From: Amphiscolops sp. MND2022
Lineage: Eukaryota
Assembly: GCA_964187785.1 (NCBI GenBank)
Contig: OZ076413.1
Location: forward strand, 42,782,001-42,846,000
DNA length: 64,000 nucleotides
Reading direction: 5' to 3'
Positions 24,601 to 39,600 of this stretch are shown in pieces; positions within the stretch are counted from its first letter, which is position 1, and every line of letters begins with the position of its first letter. The position numbers and the translations under genes are program-made. The notes under the pieces were generated by a model. The model saw only the letters and a program-made list of their open reading frames with translations, searched no databases and had not been told where the DNA came from.

Positions 24601-27600
24601 AATTCCATGTTCTCTAAAACACATTATATCAGATTGGCGAGATCTTCGTTCTCGGTCCTTTTGTGCACTAGCAGGAGGCATTTCAAGAAAATTTTGTTTC
24701 CGCAAGATTGGATAAGAAAGTGCGACTATACACTGCAAAATTGATAATCATAGGAATAATATCGAGTACTAAGAACCGAAAAAAGTTTAGTGACTTTTAT
24801 GAGGATTCGAGGATTTCGTATCAATGATAATGACCAACGAAACCAGGTTTAAGGAGACAGAACGTTAAGTGACTGCAATGGTAGTTGCGATTGTGGTGTT
24901 ACGTTGAGATGGTAAAATTTGATCTCAGGGCACTGAAATTTGGGTAAATGAACTCCTTTGTTTACACGACAAGCAAAACAGGTATTGTGGTGTTTCTAAA
25001 AACTGCACCAATTGATGGAGACCCAGGTACATCACTCTTCTATTGATATTTAAATAGACATTTCGATGAAAGTTAGCTTGATCTATATGTGTTGTAACTT
25101 CTAACTACAAGAAATTAAGTTTATCACAAGACTGTCTTTTCAATCGAATCCTTTGCTACTGAGTAAAGTTCGTATCATAGCATAATAAAATAGTAGCAGG
25201 TACTTTAGACTAATTAAGTATATAAAGCTAAAGTCTCATCATAGTTTGACCTCTAAGTTGTTATCACTCTTCATTCCTCCTTCTGTAATTGGGCCAGAGT
25301 TGGCCAATGGGAGGTCGCTATTTTCTTTGGAGGCGGTTGTCCGGCCTGAGCTTTGTTTCGCTGCAGTATTCCGTGCTGTGTCCACTGTTGTCCGGTCTTT
25401 GTGGTCGTTCGTTTGACTTTATCAGTTGTTCTCTCGTGCGTCCGGTGTCGCTTCCCGGTTGTTTAGTCTTTCGACTGTGTTTCCTCTAATCAGATGGTCC
25501 TGGGTTATTTAGCCTGACGACTGGGTTTGTTTTTGTTAGTCATTTTGATCTACGTAAATTATGTTCTTTTGTTTCTTGTTCTACTTCAGTACTTGAACTA
25601 AGATTGCTAAGTAATTCCAGATCTGAGGTTTCGTCAATTTTACTTATTTCTTCCTCTTCTTCCCCTCTAGTGGGACTTTCAAAATTGTTTTGAAATACCT
25701 TACCGTTGCTGTCTCTAATGTGTATTTCTGCGTTTGCCTCTCTGGCATCTTTAATAGGACAGTCTATGTCTTCGTGCGTCATGTTTGTCGCCTCTAAAGA
25801 TAGCGGTCCAGTGTTGCCTTGCGTTTGGTTTGTGTGTGTTTTCCCCCAGATGAGTCCGTATCCTGGCGCTTGTGGTTCAGCTTTGGGCGCCCCCGTCCCA
25901 GTGTACCGGTTTTCCTTCGGGTAGTTTGTCGTTTGCCATAATCCGGTGTGCTGCCGGTTGTGGCATCCATATAGGCAAGTGGCACATCCTCTGACTCGCT
26001 GTCTGTGTCGTGGATGGTGTGGATTTGGATTATATGAAGTGTCCACCTGGGCCACGTAGTCTCGTTCCTCTGTCATTTGGTTCCTGTGTAAGTTCGGAAA
26101 TAGGTTTACTTATATGTTTTCTATGCAGAATTCTATTACCTGCCGTCGTGACGGCATGGACGGTGCCCGATTTAGCAGTTTGAATTTTATCAGTATTTGC
26201 ACTGTCGAACTTAGGTTTTGTTATTTTTTTCTCGTAAAAGTAAAAGGGGTAATTACTAACTCCTTTGGTTCCCTTCTTCTGTTTCATCGCTAGCTGGTCA
26301 GAGACACCGCCAGCTCCGTTGAACGAGTACACTTGCACAGTGTCTGGTTTTGCTAAAATACACGTTTTGGTTAGCCTTTTCAATGTGTCAAAATTTAATA
26401 AGTTACTAATCTCAGTGTTCGGTTCACGGCTGTAGTGCAGTTCGAATGCGGTTTCGTTTAGGCGTGTATGGGGCGTTTTGCGCATTACATCCAATGCAAT
26501 ATCTAATGCTTTGCTGAATTTTTCGCCAGCTTTTATTTCGGTTAGTATTTGTTGTAGCGTTCTGACGCCCCGTTTAACTAGTCCCGTGGGCGTATGGTAT
26601 ATACGGTGTCCGGTATATTAGTTCTACTTGGTGATTTTGGCAGAGTTCTCTGAATAGTCGGCCTGTAAACGCGGTAGCTTTGTCCGTTCTAATTGTTTTT
26701 TGGAATGCCGTTTAAAATTATATAATGTTCCAAAAACCTGACCGCTGTCTGGCCTTCAGTTGTTTTACAGAGACTAGCTGCCGGCCGTTTACTATTCCGG
26801 TCCATTGAAAGTAAAATGTAAAATCTATGGTTCTTTTCTTGGATTATACCGATGATATTTAATTGGAGTTTCATCATTTGGTTTACTTAATGAGGGTAGC
26901 TGGTTTTTTCTTACTTGGTATATTAGGTTTGATATTCTTACCGGACATTTTGCAATGGACGCTGATTTCGCAATTCTTCTGTAAGGCTTCGGTAATCCTG
27001 GGCCACCAGAAGTGTCTTGCCGCTGTTGACATTTTGTTCATGCCCGGAGGTCCCTTGTGCAAGAGGCTGATGACCGTTGTTTTCTGGTTCTTTGGCACAC
27101 TTATCCGGTCTTTGCAAGAAACTAATCCATATCGGGTGGATAGTTTCTTCCGGTATAGTGAAAATTCGTCTGAAATGTTTTCGTGCTGTTGTCGTTCTGA
27201 GCAGGCGAGTGTTTTGAGGAGGCTTGGGTCGTCTGTCGTTTCCATCATTAGGCGTTGCAGGTCTGTGGAGAATTGTTTGTCTGTTTCTCACTGCATTTCC
27301 CAAATCCCATTCATTTGGTTCTTCCGCGTCCATTTTCGGCGCAAGGCCCATTTTATGTATTGGACGCTTTTTGACGCACTCGTATTTTATCCAATTGACG
27401 GCTGGAACTTCCAGTACTGACGGGTCTTGATCCGTTTCCGCATCGATCCCCCCTTTTTCCATTGGGGTGTGTGCCTGCCTTGAAGACGGTCCAGGTTCGT
27501 CTTCTTGTTGCAGTTGATGACGTTGTGGGCGGTCGGCCTCCCAGAATGATCCACTGTCCATTGTTCATTTCGTCTTTCTTGCGGTTGAAAAAACCTTGTG

Positions 27601-30600
27601 GTTTAGTTGGTTGTCTACTTTCTATGTTTCTGATGGCTGTCTGTAATCGCTCTTCTATTATTCGTCTTTCATATGATCACCCAAGAATAGATTGTTGATG
27701 GTGTTTGCGTCCATGGTCGATTTGATTTTTGCTGTGGGTGGATTGACGTAACTTGAGCAATGGCGGTTTGTTCACGCGTGTTGATTTGTTTTGGTTTATT
27801 ACGTAATTTCTCGTCTTGTGATTGGTCTACGTGGTTGCTAAGGCAACCGCCTTTGGTCATATATTTGGAGTGCGGAATGATGATGTTGATTACACATTCT
27901 TCATCGTATGCGTCATCTGCTTGTGGTGGTGCGGACAAATTTCTACTCAGATAATCCATGAGTGCTAAGTGTTTGCAGGCTATATGGCTTACGTTAATTG
28001 AGAAGTCACACATTAATTGTGCTAGTCGGTCAAGCCATCGAGTTAGTCTTGCGCTATATGTTTTATTCGACCGGTTTTTGATCAATGGTTCAAGTGCTTG
28101 ATGATCTGTAGGTAATTTTATCGGTTTTCCGTAAATATACAGGGGGAAATGCTCAAGTACCCAGACTACCACCAATAACTCCAATTCGGTAAATGCATAT
28201 TTCTTTTCCGTAACCGAGAGGAAACGACTGGCAAATCCAATCGGTTTTGATTTACCGTCCGGTTATTCTTGCCAAAGCGTGGCCCCGAGGTTTTTTGTGC
28301 TTGCGTCAGTCGTGATTATATTTGGATAGTTTGAATTATAGTGAGCCAAACATGGTATTTCCGTGATTTTTGGTTTCAGGTTTTCAAATGCATTTGCGTG
28401 TTCTTCGGTCCATTTCCATTCCGTGTCCTTTTTCAGTAGCTGTCTCAAAATATTCGTTTGTGCCGGAACATTTTCTATATCGTTTGGCAGATATTGGATT
28501 GCACCGAGAAATGATTTGAGTTCATTTTCGTTTTCTGGTGTTTTCAACTCTTTATTCACAAGCAGTTTGTCTTGTAACGGTCTGATTCCGTTTTGGTCGA
28601 TCTTGTGACCGATCCATTCTATTTCAGTTTTGAAAAAAAATCGGATTTGCTTTCGATCAGTCTGTAACCGGCGTTTTCTAGTTATTCTAGTTTTGAAAGA
28701 ATGTCGATCAACTCGTCCATGTGTTTCTGTTTAGAGCCTTTTTTAGTACTTTGATGCCATCCAGCCAAGCTTGGTGTTTTTTTCTAGAGTTTGGTCAATT
28801 TTTTTTGAAAAATCGTCGGTATGTCCGCTAGACAGTAGAAGCTTTTAAAAAAACGATAATAACCGGTGACGTTAACTCCCGTGACCGCAAAGATGCATAG
28901 GTCCATTGCTTTTTCGATAGCTGTAGTTAACCATTTACGTAATCCAAACCGAATTTTGAGATCCATATTTCATCCGCCGGTCCGTCTGCTGTTTTTCTGG
29001 AGTTTCTTGATATTAATTCCTCCATATTGGGCATTTGTGTTTTTCTATTTACCGTTCTTTTGTTCAGCTTCTTTGAGTCCAGTGCAATTTTTACTGATTT
29101 ATCCTACTTGATTGTGATCACCGCGGAACTAACGAAACAATTTTCGTCAATTTTTTTTGCTTTTTCGATGTGTCCTTGCTTTTTTAGTCTTTCGATTTCT
29201 TTTTTTACTCCCGGTTGTAGGTGAATTGGAATAGGTCTACCTTTTTGTTGTAATAATTTCGTGCCTTCTTCTAATTGAATGTCAACTTCTATGTTTTTAA
29301 CTGTGTGAGTTTTCGTAAAAAGATTGTGAAACCTATTCTTCAGGGTTGTTATGTCCGTGTCTGGTTATCTATGTGTTTGATTGCTAGTTGTGGGTGTCTG
29401 TTTTTAGTGTTAGTCCCAGTTTTTCCATCTAGTTCAGTCTGAGCAATGGGTGTGTTTGTCTGGTGGTAAGTAATAGCTCCAGTTGTCTCACCTTACCGTC
29501 GAACAGAACACTTGCTATTGTTTTACCTTCGAATTTACATTATTATCGTTTACAACCCGGTAGTCTTCTGTTACCGGTTTGATTGTAAAGATCTTGTTGA
29601 ATTTCATCTTCGGTATTAATGTTACCGGTGAGCTTGTATCCACGATGATTTTAATTGATCGGTTATTAACCAATAATGATTTAGTATAGAACGGTGGTCC
29701 GGTCTTGCATTTTGTTCCCATTGATTGTATCTTCTGTTGGATCGAGTGTATTCTGTCGGGTATCCAATCGTCTTCGTCTGTACTGTAAGTTTCTTCATCT
29801 GCAATATGATTTAGTTTCCTGGTTGTTCTGCAACATTTATCGTAATCTCCCACTTTACCGCCTTTTATGCATATCTTTCCTCTTGCGGGACATTCACGTT
29901 GTTTGCACCAGTTGGGTGCTCCGCATTTATTGCAGTCCATTCGTCTTGTTTTTGAATACCGATCAGTTTGTTCTATACTATTCTTCAGTTTTCTTTTATC
30001 CACATGTAGAACTGTTTTTCTTTTTCTGTTTCAGTGGATTCGTTTAATTTTTCATACATGTATTCATGTATTGCGTCTGTGATTGCATCTATGGACATGT
30101 CGCTTTTCCGAATCTTCTTTTTTAGCCCAGAATTCCCCGTGGATTTTCCTATTAGTGATAGGAATTTTGAAGTTATGAGTTTGGCCGCTGTTCTCGTCTC
30201 AAATTCGCACTTCTTTTCAACATTTAGAATCCTTTTCCAAACGTCCGCGACTGTTTCATTTGTTTCTCTTTTCAAATCAAAGAAATCGGCCCGGCTATGC
30301 TGTACATTCCTTTTTGGGGTATAATGTATCCGGAACAAAGTGTAAAGTTTGTAAAACGGTAAAGCACTGGGTTCCCGTTCTCTAACCGTCTTTGTCATTT
30401 CTGTCAGTGCGCTTCGTCCTATCGCACATATAAATGTATTTTTTATATCGAGTTCCAGTTGATCGCGGAATTGTGGTAATCTTTCTTTCGAGTTGGTCAT
30501 CGTTGATCAATCGATGTCCTTTGTCATTTCAATATATTGCACAAATTTCCGCCACCATAGGTTTGCTTTGGTATGGAATTGTCGTGTTTTTCTAGACTTG

Positions 30601-33600
30601 GAATGCATAGATTCTGGGTGCATGTCCGTTCACCTGCTCTTAGTGTTGTTTCACTGGGTAATGACCGACTGCTTGTAGACTGATCGGTTGTCCGGTCCTG
30701 CTGTCCTCCCGTCCGTGGGGAGGTGTTGTTGGATTCATCCATTCTCTTATGAATGATTTGGAGTGAGTAGCTGTTCGCTAGTTCTATCGTGATTGTCAGT
30801 TAAACTGACACTGACTGCGCCATGTTGTAACTTCTACCTACAAGAATATTAGGTTATCTCAAGACTGTTTTTTTTCAATCGGATCCTTTGCTACTGAGTA
30901 AAATCGTATCATAGCATAATGAAATAGTGGCAGGTACTTGAGACTAATTAAGCATATAAAGTTAAGGTCTCATCATAGTTTGACCTCTAAGTTGTTATCA
31001 ATCGTCACTAGGTGAACAAAAAAGGCTTGCAACATACAAGTTGTAAAACATGCTGGCTTGAATCCTAACTTGAATCATAACCGGCAACGTAACACTCTTC
31101 TGTTGATCTATAAATAGGCATTTCGGTGAAAATGAGCTTGATCTATAGGTGAACAAAAAAGGCTTGCAACATACGAGTTGTAAATCATGCTGGCTTGAAT
31201 CTTAACTTGAATCATAACTGGCAACGTAACACTCTTCTGTTGATCTATAAATAGGCATTTCGGTGAAAATGAGCTTGATCTATAGGTGAACAAAAAAGGC
31301 TTGCAACATACGAGTTGTAAATCATGCTGGCTTGAATCCTAATTTGAATCATAACCGGCAACGTAACACTCTTTTGTTGATCTAAAAATAGGCATTTCAA
31401 TTAAAGTGAGCTTGATCTATAGGTGAACAAACAAACTTGCAACATACAAGTTGTAAATATGCTGGCTTGAATCTTAACTTGAATCTAACTGGCAACGTAA
31501 CACTCTTCTGTTGATCTATAAATAGGCATTTCGATGAAAGTGAGCTTGATCTATAGGTGGACAAAAAATGCTTGCAACATACTAGTTGTAAATTCTGCTG
31601 GCTTGAATCCTAGTTTGAATCATAACCGGCAACGTAACACTCTTTTGTGGATCTATAAATAGGCAACTCGATGAAAGTGAGCTTGATCTATAGGTGACCA
31701 AAAAAGACTTGCATTAAACAAGTTGTAAAACATGCTGGCTTGAATCTTAACTTGAATCTAAATGGCAACGTAACACTCTTCTGTTGATCTATAAATAGGC
31801 ATTTCGATGGAAGTGAGCTTGACCTATAGGTGAACAAAAAAGGCTTGCAACATACAAGTTGTAAAACATGCTGGGTTGAATCCTAACTTGAATCATAACC
31901 TCCCAGAATGATCCACTGTCCATTGTTCATTTCGTCTTTCCTGCGGTTGAAAGCCTTGTGGTTGAGTTGGTTGTCTACTTTTCATGTTTTTGATGGCTGT
32001 CTGCAATCGCTCTTCTATTATTCGTCTTTTATACCTGAGGAATGTGGGCTCGTGGTATTTTTTCCACCGGCCAACGGATTGTCGGTGAATGCCCGGCTGA
32101 ATATCGCCAGCGGGCGATCAAATTTCTGGTTTCCGCGGAATGATCACCTATTTCTAAATTGTTGATGGTGTTTGCGTCTATGGTCGATTTGATTTTTGCT
32201 GTGGGTGGATTGACGTAACTTGAGCAATAGCGGTTTGTTCACGCGTGTTGATTTGTTTTGGTTTACTAAGTAATTTCTCGTCTTGTGATTGGTCTACGTG
32301 GTTGCTAAGGCAACCGCATTTGGTCATATATTTGTAGTGCGGAATGATGCTGTTGATTACATATTCTTCATCGTATGCGTCATCTGCTTGTGGTGGTGCG
32401 GACGGAGCTCTACTCAGATAATCCATGAGTTCTAAGTGTTTGCCGGCTATATGGCTTACCGTAATTGAGAAGTGTGCTAGTCGGTCAAGCCATCGAGTTA
32501 GTCTTGCGCTATATGTTTTATTCGACCGGTCTCTTTTGATCAATGGTTCAAGTGCTTGATGATCTGTAGGTAATTTTATCGGTTTCCCGTAAATTTATAG
32601 GGGGAAATGCTCAAGTCCCCAGACTACCACCAATAATTCCAATTCGTTAATTGCATATTTTTTTCCGTATCCGACAGGACACGACTGGCAAATCCAATCG
32701 GTTTTAATTTACCGTCCAATTAATCTTGCCAAGCGTGGCCCCGAAGCCTATTGTGCTTGCGTCCGTCGTGATTATATTTGGATAGTTTGAATTATAGTGA
32801 GCCAAACACGGTATTTCCGAGATTTTTTGTTTCAGGTTTTGAAATGCCTTTGTGTGTTCTTCGGTCCATTTCCATTCGGTGTCTTTTTTTAGTAGCTGTT
32901 TCAAAATTTTCGTTTGTGCCGAAAGATTTTCTTTATATCTTGACAGATATTGTGTTGCGCCCAGAAATGATTTGAGTTTTTATTCGTTCTCTGGTTTTTT
33001 CAACTCTTTAATCGCAAGCAGTTTGTCTTGTAACGGTCTGATTCCGTTTTGGTCGATCTTGTTACCGATCCATTCTATTTCAGTTTTGAAAAAAATTCGG
33101 ATTTGCTTTCGCTCAGTCTGTGACCGGCGTTTTCTAGTTTTGAAAGAATGTCGATCAACTCGTCCATGTGTTTCTGTTTAGAGCCTTTTTTATTTACTAT
33201 GATGCCGTCCAGCCAAGCTTGGTGTTTGTTTTCTATTGTTTGGTCAATTTTTTTTTAAAAATCGTCGGTTTGTCCGCTAGACAGTAGAAGCCCTTTAAAA
33301 AACGATAATAACCGGTGAAGTTACCTCCGGTGACCGCAAAGATGCATAGGTCCATTGCTTTTTGCGATAGCTGTAGTTAACCATATACGTAATCCAAACC
33401 AATTTTTGAGATCCATATTTCATCCGCTGGTCCGTCGGCTGTTTTTCTGGAGTTTCTTGATATTAATTCGTCCATATTGGGCATTTGTGTTTTTCTCTTT
33501 ACCGTTGTTTCGTTCAGCTTCTTTGAGTCCAGCGCAATTTTTACTGATTTATCTTATTTGATTGTGATCACCCACCGCGGAACTAACGAAACAATTTTCG

Positions 33601-36600
33601 TCAGAATTTTTTGCTTTTTCGATGTGTCCCTGCTTTTTTAGTCTTTCGATTTCTTTTTTTCTTTCTTTACTCCCGGTTGTAGGTGAATTGGAATAGGTCT
33701 ACCTTTTTGTTGTAATAATTTCGTGCCTTCTTCTAATTGAATGTCAACTTCTATGTTTTTAACTGTGTGAGTTTTTGTAAAAAGATTGTGAAACCTATTT
33801 TCAGGGTTGTTATGTCCGTGTCTGGTTATCTATGTGGTTGATTGCTAGTTGTGGGCGTCCGTTTTCAGTGTTATTCTTAATTTTTCCATCTAGTTCTGTC
33901 CGAGCAATGGGTGTGTTTGTCTGGTGGTAATTACTAGCTCCAGTTGTCTCACGTTACCGTCAGATACAATATTTGCTATTGTTTTACCTTAGAACTTTAT
34001 AATATTATTGTTTACATCCCGGTAGTCTTCTGTTACTGGTTTGATTGTAGTGATCTTGTTGAATTTCATCTTCGGTATTAATGTTACCGGTGAGCTTGTA
34101 TCCACGATGATTTTAATTGATCGGTTATTAACCAATAATGATTTAGTATAGAACGGTGGTCCGTTCTTGCATTTTGTTCCCTTTGATTGTATCTTCTGTT
34201 GGATCGAGTGTATTCTGTCGGGTATCCAATCGTCTTCGTCTGTACTGTAAGTTTCTTCATCTGCAATATAATTTAGTTTCCTGGTTGTTCTGCAACATTT
34301 ATCGTAATCTCCCACTTTACCGCCTTTTATGCATATCTTTCCTCTTGCGGGACATTCACGTTGTTTGCACCAGTTGGGTGCTCCGCATTTATTGCAGTCG
34401 ATTCGTCTTGTTTTCGAATACAGATCGGTTTGTTCTTTACTATTCTTCAGTTTTCTTTTATCCACATGTCGAAGTGTTTTTTCTTTATCTGTTTCAGTGG
34501 ATTCGTTTACTTTTTCATACATGTGTTCATGTATTGCGCCTGTGATTGCTTCTATGGACATGTCGCGTTTCCGAATTTTCTTTTTTAGCTCATAATTCCC
34601 CGTGGATTTTCCTATTAGTGACAGGAACTTCGAAGTTTTGAGTTCAGCCGCTATTATCGTCTCATATTCGCAATTCTTTTCAACATCTAGAATCCTTTTC
34701 CAAACTTCCGCGACTGTTTTGTTTGTTTCTTTTTTCAAATCAAAGAAATTGGCCCGGCTATGCTGTACTTTCCTTTCTGGGGTATAATGTAACCGGAACA
34801 AGTGTACAGTTTGTATAACGGTAAAGCACTGGGTTCCTGTTCTTAACCGTCTTTTTCACTTCTGTCAGTGCGCTTTGTCCGATCGCCCATAGAAATGTAT
34901 CTTTTATCTCGAGTTCCAATTGATCGCGAATTGTGGTAATCTTTCTTTCGAGTTGGTCATCGTTGATAAATCGATGTCCTTTGTCATTTCAATATATTGC
35001 ACAAATTTCCGCCACCATAGGTTTGCTTTGGTATGGAATTGTCGTGTTTTTCTAGACATGGAATGCATAGATTCTGGGTCCATGTCCGTTCACCTGCTCT
35101 CAGTGTTGTTTCACTGGGTAATTGCCGACTGCTTATAGACTGATCGGTTGTCCGGTCCTGCTGTCCTCCCGTTCGTGGGGATGTGTTGTTGGATTCATCC
35201 ATTCTCTGATGAATGATTTGGAGTGTTATTGTTGTAGTACACAATCTCCTGCAACAGTCAAGTTGTAAAAGGTTCCCCCATCAATTCTTTGATATTTTGC
35301 AACAAATCGGATGTTAAAAACGCTCATTTTTGCCCTGAAATTAGGTTTTCGCGTCGGCCCAGCACGCTATATCCAAACTTTTGACGTTGTATCCGAAGTA
35401 AAAAGAGTTTTACTCATGGAGTACTCAGGAAGCGGATGTTTAAAAAAATGCGCTACATACGAATTTTGTTTTTTTTTAAGACCGGCGTTTTTTCGGTATA
35501 TGCTACTTTTTTCTCATTTGTTGTTATCAAAGCCTCCCCTCGCATTTTACTCAAAACGAAACGTTTTGAGAGCATAAATGATTTGTCAGGGTTTTCGGCA
35601 CTATTCGATTAACCGGAGACAAAAATTCACAAAGTTTTTCATCTCACTTTTTTTAATATTAGGTTTTAAATATTTTTAATATTTTTAATATTTCTCAGTA
35701 TAAATCCACCAATATTTGTTTTCAATACTATTCGAATTTTTAACGTTATATCCGACGTAAGTTGCGTTTGACTGAAGAGGAGGTCGAGCTTCAAAATATT
35801 GGACTTTATCGGCATTATGACTCTTGTATTACATACGCGCAACTGCAAAACAAAATTGATAGTTTGTGCACAACATCAAATGAACAACCACTAATCTTTC
35901 TTCTGTGTTACCTTCCAGGTAACAATAGACGACTGCAACGACGAAATTCCGCAATTTGAGAAAACACTCTATACCTGGAATGTCCCCGAAGACTCCCAAA
36001 TCAACACCCTCTTCTTAACCAACTTGGACAAACTTTCGGCCACAGATGATGACGAAGTTCTGACCCCTAACTCCCAAATAAAATATGCTCTGGACGCATC
36101 AGTGACGTCGGTTTTTGGCATGTTTACAGAGGACAATGGAAAGATCAGAACAATCGCTTTCTTGGATAGGGAAACAATTCCCGTGTACTCATTTGATTGC
36201 TTCGCAAAAGATCAAGGTACGTTGACGAAAAAGTGTCGTACAACAAAACAAAACAATGGATTGTACTAGAGTTGATTTTTGAATGATGAAAATATGACTC
36301 TGACCTTTAGAAGCTGTTAACTCTTGGCTATTCAGTTCACAATGAGCGTTTTATTTTTGATGAATTTGTTGAACATGAGATTCCGGTGTTAAGATCCATT
36401 TAGAGAAAACGGAGCATGTTCTTCCAATTTCAGCCTTCTTATTTTGCTATCTGTCCCAGGCATGGCCTTGTAAACAGTGTGCATACATTGTGCTACATTG
36501 AAAGCCTATAACATTTTTTGCATGCGTATCTAATACACGCATACTAAATTTTAACCCAAAACTGGATTTTAACAGAACTCACTTGAAAAGTCTAATTACA

Positions 36601-39600
36601 CACGTTTGACACAGTAATATAGAGCCAGAACCAGCCCAAACAACTAGCCCCCCCCCCGTTGGGTCGGGTTCTTAACATCATCCGACAAACCATTCAACAA
36701 TATGAACAATATTGTTCCATTGAAAATATCTTTAAAATTGCATTGGAATTACTCACCAGTAGACGAAGATAATCGGCCGAACCGGTTCCCTTGTTGATAT
36801 GTCGCGACTAGAATTCATGCACCAAATAAATTTGAATTTCAACTTTTGAATTTTCATAACCGAAAACTTCAAACAAGCAGCTAGAGCTACAAGGTGTCCA
36901 AAGAAAAACGGGACACTCGAGCGGTCAAACATTGGAATATTTGTCAATAATTTATTCGAAATCAGTTCAGAAGATCCGTTTTCTGTCCGTCAGTCATTCA
37001 AACGGACAACTTTTGTTCGAATTGAATCGAATTTACACATCAATAACGAGAACGAACTGGCTGGTACATTGTATGTTTGAAACCAGAGACTTTTAGAAAT
37101 CATGAAAAGCTTAGTAACATCGATGTCAAAATTAGTCAAACATTTACTGTCAATCATTCGAAATTGATTGTTTATTACGTTACCAATAGTTTAAAGTATT
37201 GGTAACGTAATAAACAATCAATTTCGAATGATTGACAGTAAATGTTAATTAAGAATTGATTGACAGTAAATTTTGATCAATTTTCAGTCCATTGTTGACA
37301 AACATGTGATCATTGTCAATGATAATTCAGTATTTCTTTCAATAAATTTTTGGTGCACCTGATAAAAGTTTATAAATTGAGAGAATAGAAATGGAGTTCA
37401 ACTGATAGCAAACTTTGACCTCTGAAATTTCAAGAAACGCAAGAAAAAGCTCTTCTTATTGTCTAGGAACTCCCCAACTGACGGGAACAGTGCCTTGTGT
37501 CGTGTACGTCACTGATGTCAATGACGAGACGCCCACTTACGACAGCTCTGATTACGTCATCCAGATCAACGAGAACCTACCGATCGGTGACGTCATCAAA
37601 GTGCTAACTGCCACTGACAACGACGAAGAAGGAAACGTGAACAAAGAAATACGCTATTCGTGAGTTTTTTTCGTCGGGGCTTTTCAAAGAACAAGTCTCC
37701 CACAGTGGATGTTTTTAGTCGGCGCTTTTCTAGTGAAAAGAGCCCGACTATTACTGGGGCTAGTTTTTTTTCGTCAGACCACAGACCTCATCGTGTATGT
37801 ACCACTTTTTAGTACAGACTTTACTCGGTTTACGGTGAACCCAGCGGTCACGGGTTCAAGTCCTTGCTTTAGCCAAAAACTTTTTCGAGCATTTGCGAAA
37901 GCCGACTAGACTGAAGGGTCCTCTCTTTCAATTTTTTTTCGGCACTGTGCGACTTTTTTTCAAATTTTTTGCCCTCAAAGGGTCCCACCTTCAAGTTTTT
38001 TTAAATTTTGCAGCAAACTAAAGTGCCAAAAAGCCCAAAGGGTCTCCCCTTTTAAGTATTTCGGCACTATGAGACTGTTCAAAATTCATATTTTTTGTTT
38101 TTGTTTCCAAATTTTAAAAATTTTTCAAATTTTTGTTCTGCCAAAGGGTCCTCCCTCCAATTATTTTGATGTTTTGCGACAGCATAAATGTTGAAAAAAC
38201 CAAAGGGTCCTCCCTTTCAGTTTTTTTCTTTTCGGAATTGTGAGATTTTTCTCAGAAATTTTTCTTTATCCAGAGGGTCCCGCCTTCAATTGTTTTGATA
38301 CTTGACCTCAATGGATGTTAAAAAATCCGAAAGGATCACTGTTTTTAGCGCGCTGGGGGCGACTTCTTTTCTATGGTTGCGTCAGTAACAACCTGCCATT
38401 TTGACATTCGAATTGAGTGAGGTTATGCAAGTGACGGCTTGCGCTCTGCCACATCCCCCACATTAAATGAAAGAATTATCTGGTCTCTATAAATTTACAC
38501 AATGTTTCCTTTTTGATTTTACAACAGTTTCCTTTTATAATGTAGGTATTAATCTCAAGTATAGTGGACGTATATATAAGAATACTAAAAACAAAACTTC
38601 GGGTTCTGTTATATGAACCTAAAGTTTTGAATTTGTTTTTGGGTTTAGATCTCAGGTGATTGTTCTCTCCTCTTTTCGTTACTTTTTTTGATTTGTGATA
38701 TCATCACATTCTGCCTGAAGAAATTTGACTTGTCTCTTTGTCGTTGTCCTCGTCTTGGCGTGTGTTCTGGGTTTGGTTCCTTTTAGGGGTTTTTCTCCTT
38801 TGGTTGTTCTGCTTCTTAATCCCCCTCGAGGTTTTTCTCCATGTGCTGTTCTGTTTCTGTTTTTTTTTCGCTTCGGTTTGGCTCTATCTCCTCCTCTTCT
38901 TCTTCTTCTTCTTCTTCTTCTTCTTCTTCTTCTGATTCTATTGTTCCGAGTTGTTTGTTATTCCTCTCCACTTTCTCCTGTTCTCGTCTTTTTGACTTGT
39001 TGTTTTTGATTCGCCGTTCTTTTATCTTATATTTCAGGTTTCTTATTGCCGATTGTGGTCTTTCTGCATCTTTTGCGTTTCCCGCCAATTTTGTTGCTTC
39101 TTTTTGATTGGCTGTTTGATTTGCCAGCTCGCTCTATTGTGGCAACTTGCTCTCATTGGTTGTTTCGCTCGTCTTTGTTGTCTCGCTTTCGTTTATTGGT
39201 TTTTCTTCTTCATTTGGAACAGCACGGTTGTTCGCTACGCCCGATGTCTCCTCAGGAGAGAATTGTCTTCGTTGTTTTTCCTGCAGGCAAGAAGGTAATC
39301 GCATGGTTGCTTTGCTCTAGCAACACTCCCCTTCTTTTCTGGTAGTTCCCCTCCAGCCTCGATCCACGAGATCTTACTCTTACGAAAATTGTTGAATCCT
39401 GCCCTGATTCAAAGTCGTCGTCTGTGAAAGGAAACTCTGGCTTTTCTGGAATGCACTTTGGATTGTTAGTTAAACTTCCTTTTATTGTATTCGGTTACTA
39501 GCCCGTGTATCGCTCATATGGTGATTTATTCTTTGCCGATGGATTCCTTCTTAATGCTAAAAGAATTTCGGATATTCCGGAATTATCTTTTCGAACTATT

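Larger units (their letters stand above)
25090..31000 (-). mobile_element. Full-length decayed Ty3/gypsy LTR retrotransposon A (Mag-like gag)
   Basis: TG..CA LTRs 25090-25266 and 30823-31000; PBS TGGCGCAGTCAG; PPT agaaggaggaatgaagag; gag knuckle, PR (VDTSS), RT, RNase H (TDAS, ELL, TDHQAL), IN in gypsy order, many frameshifts. Confidence 0.92.

Noticed and set aside
31009..31900. CRISPR-like regularly spaced repeats
   Set aside because: Whole 137-bp units repeat with no unique spacers; eukaryotic intron; no cas genes
38725..39107. Poly-L/S/E/F ORFs
   Set aside because: (CTT)n tract in the 3' region of gypsy C
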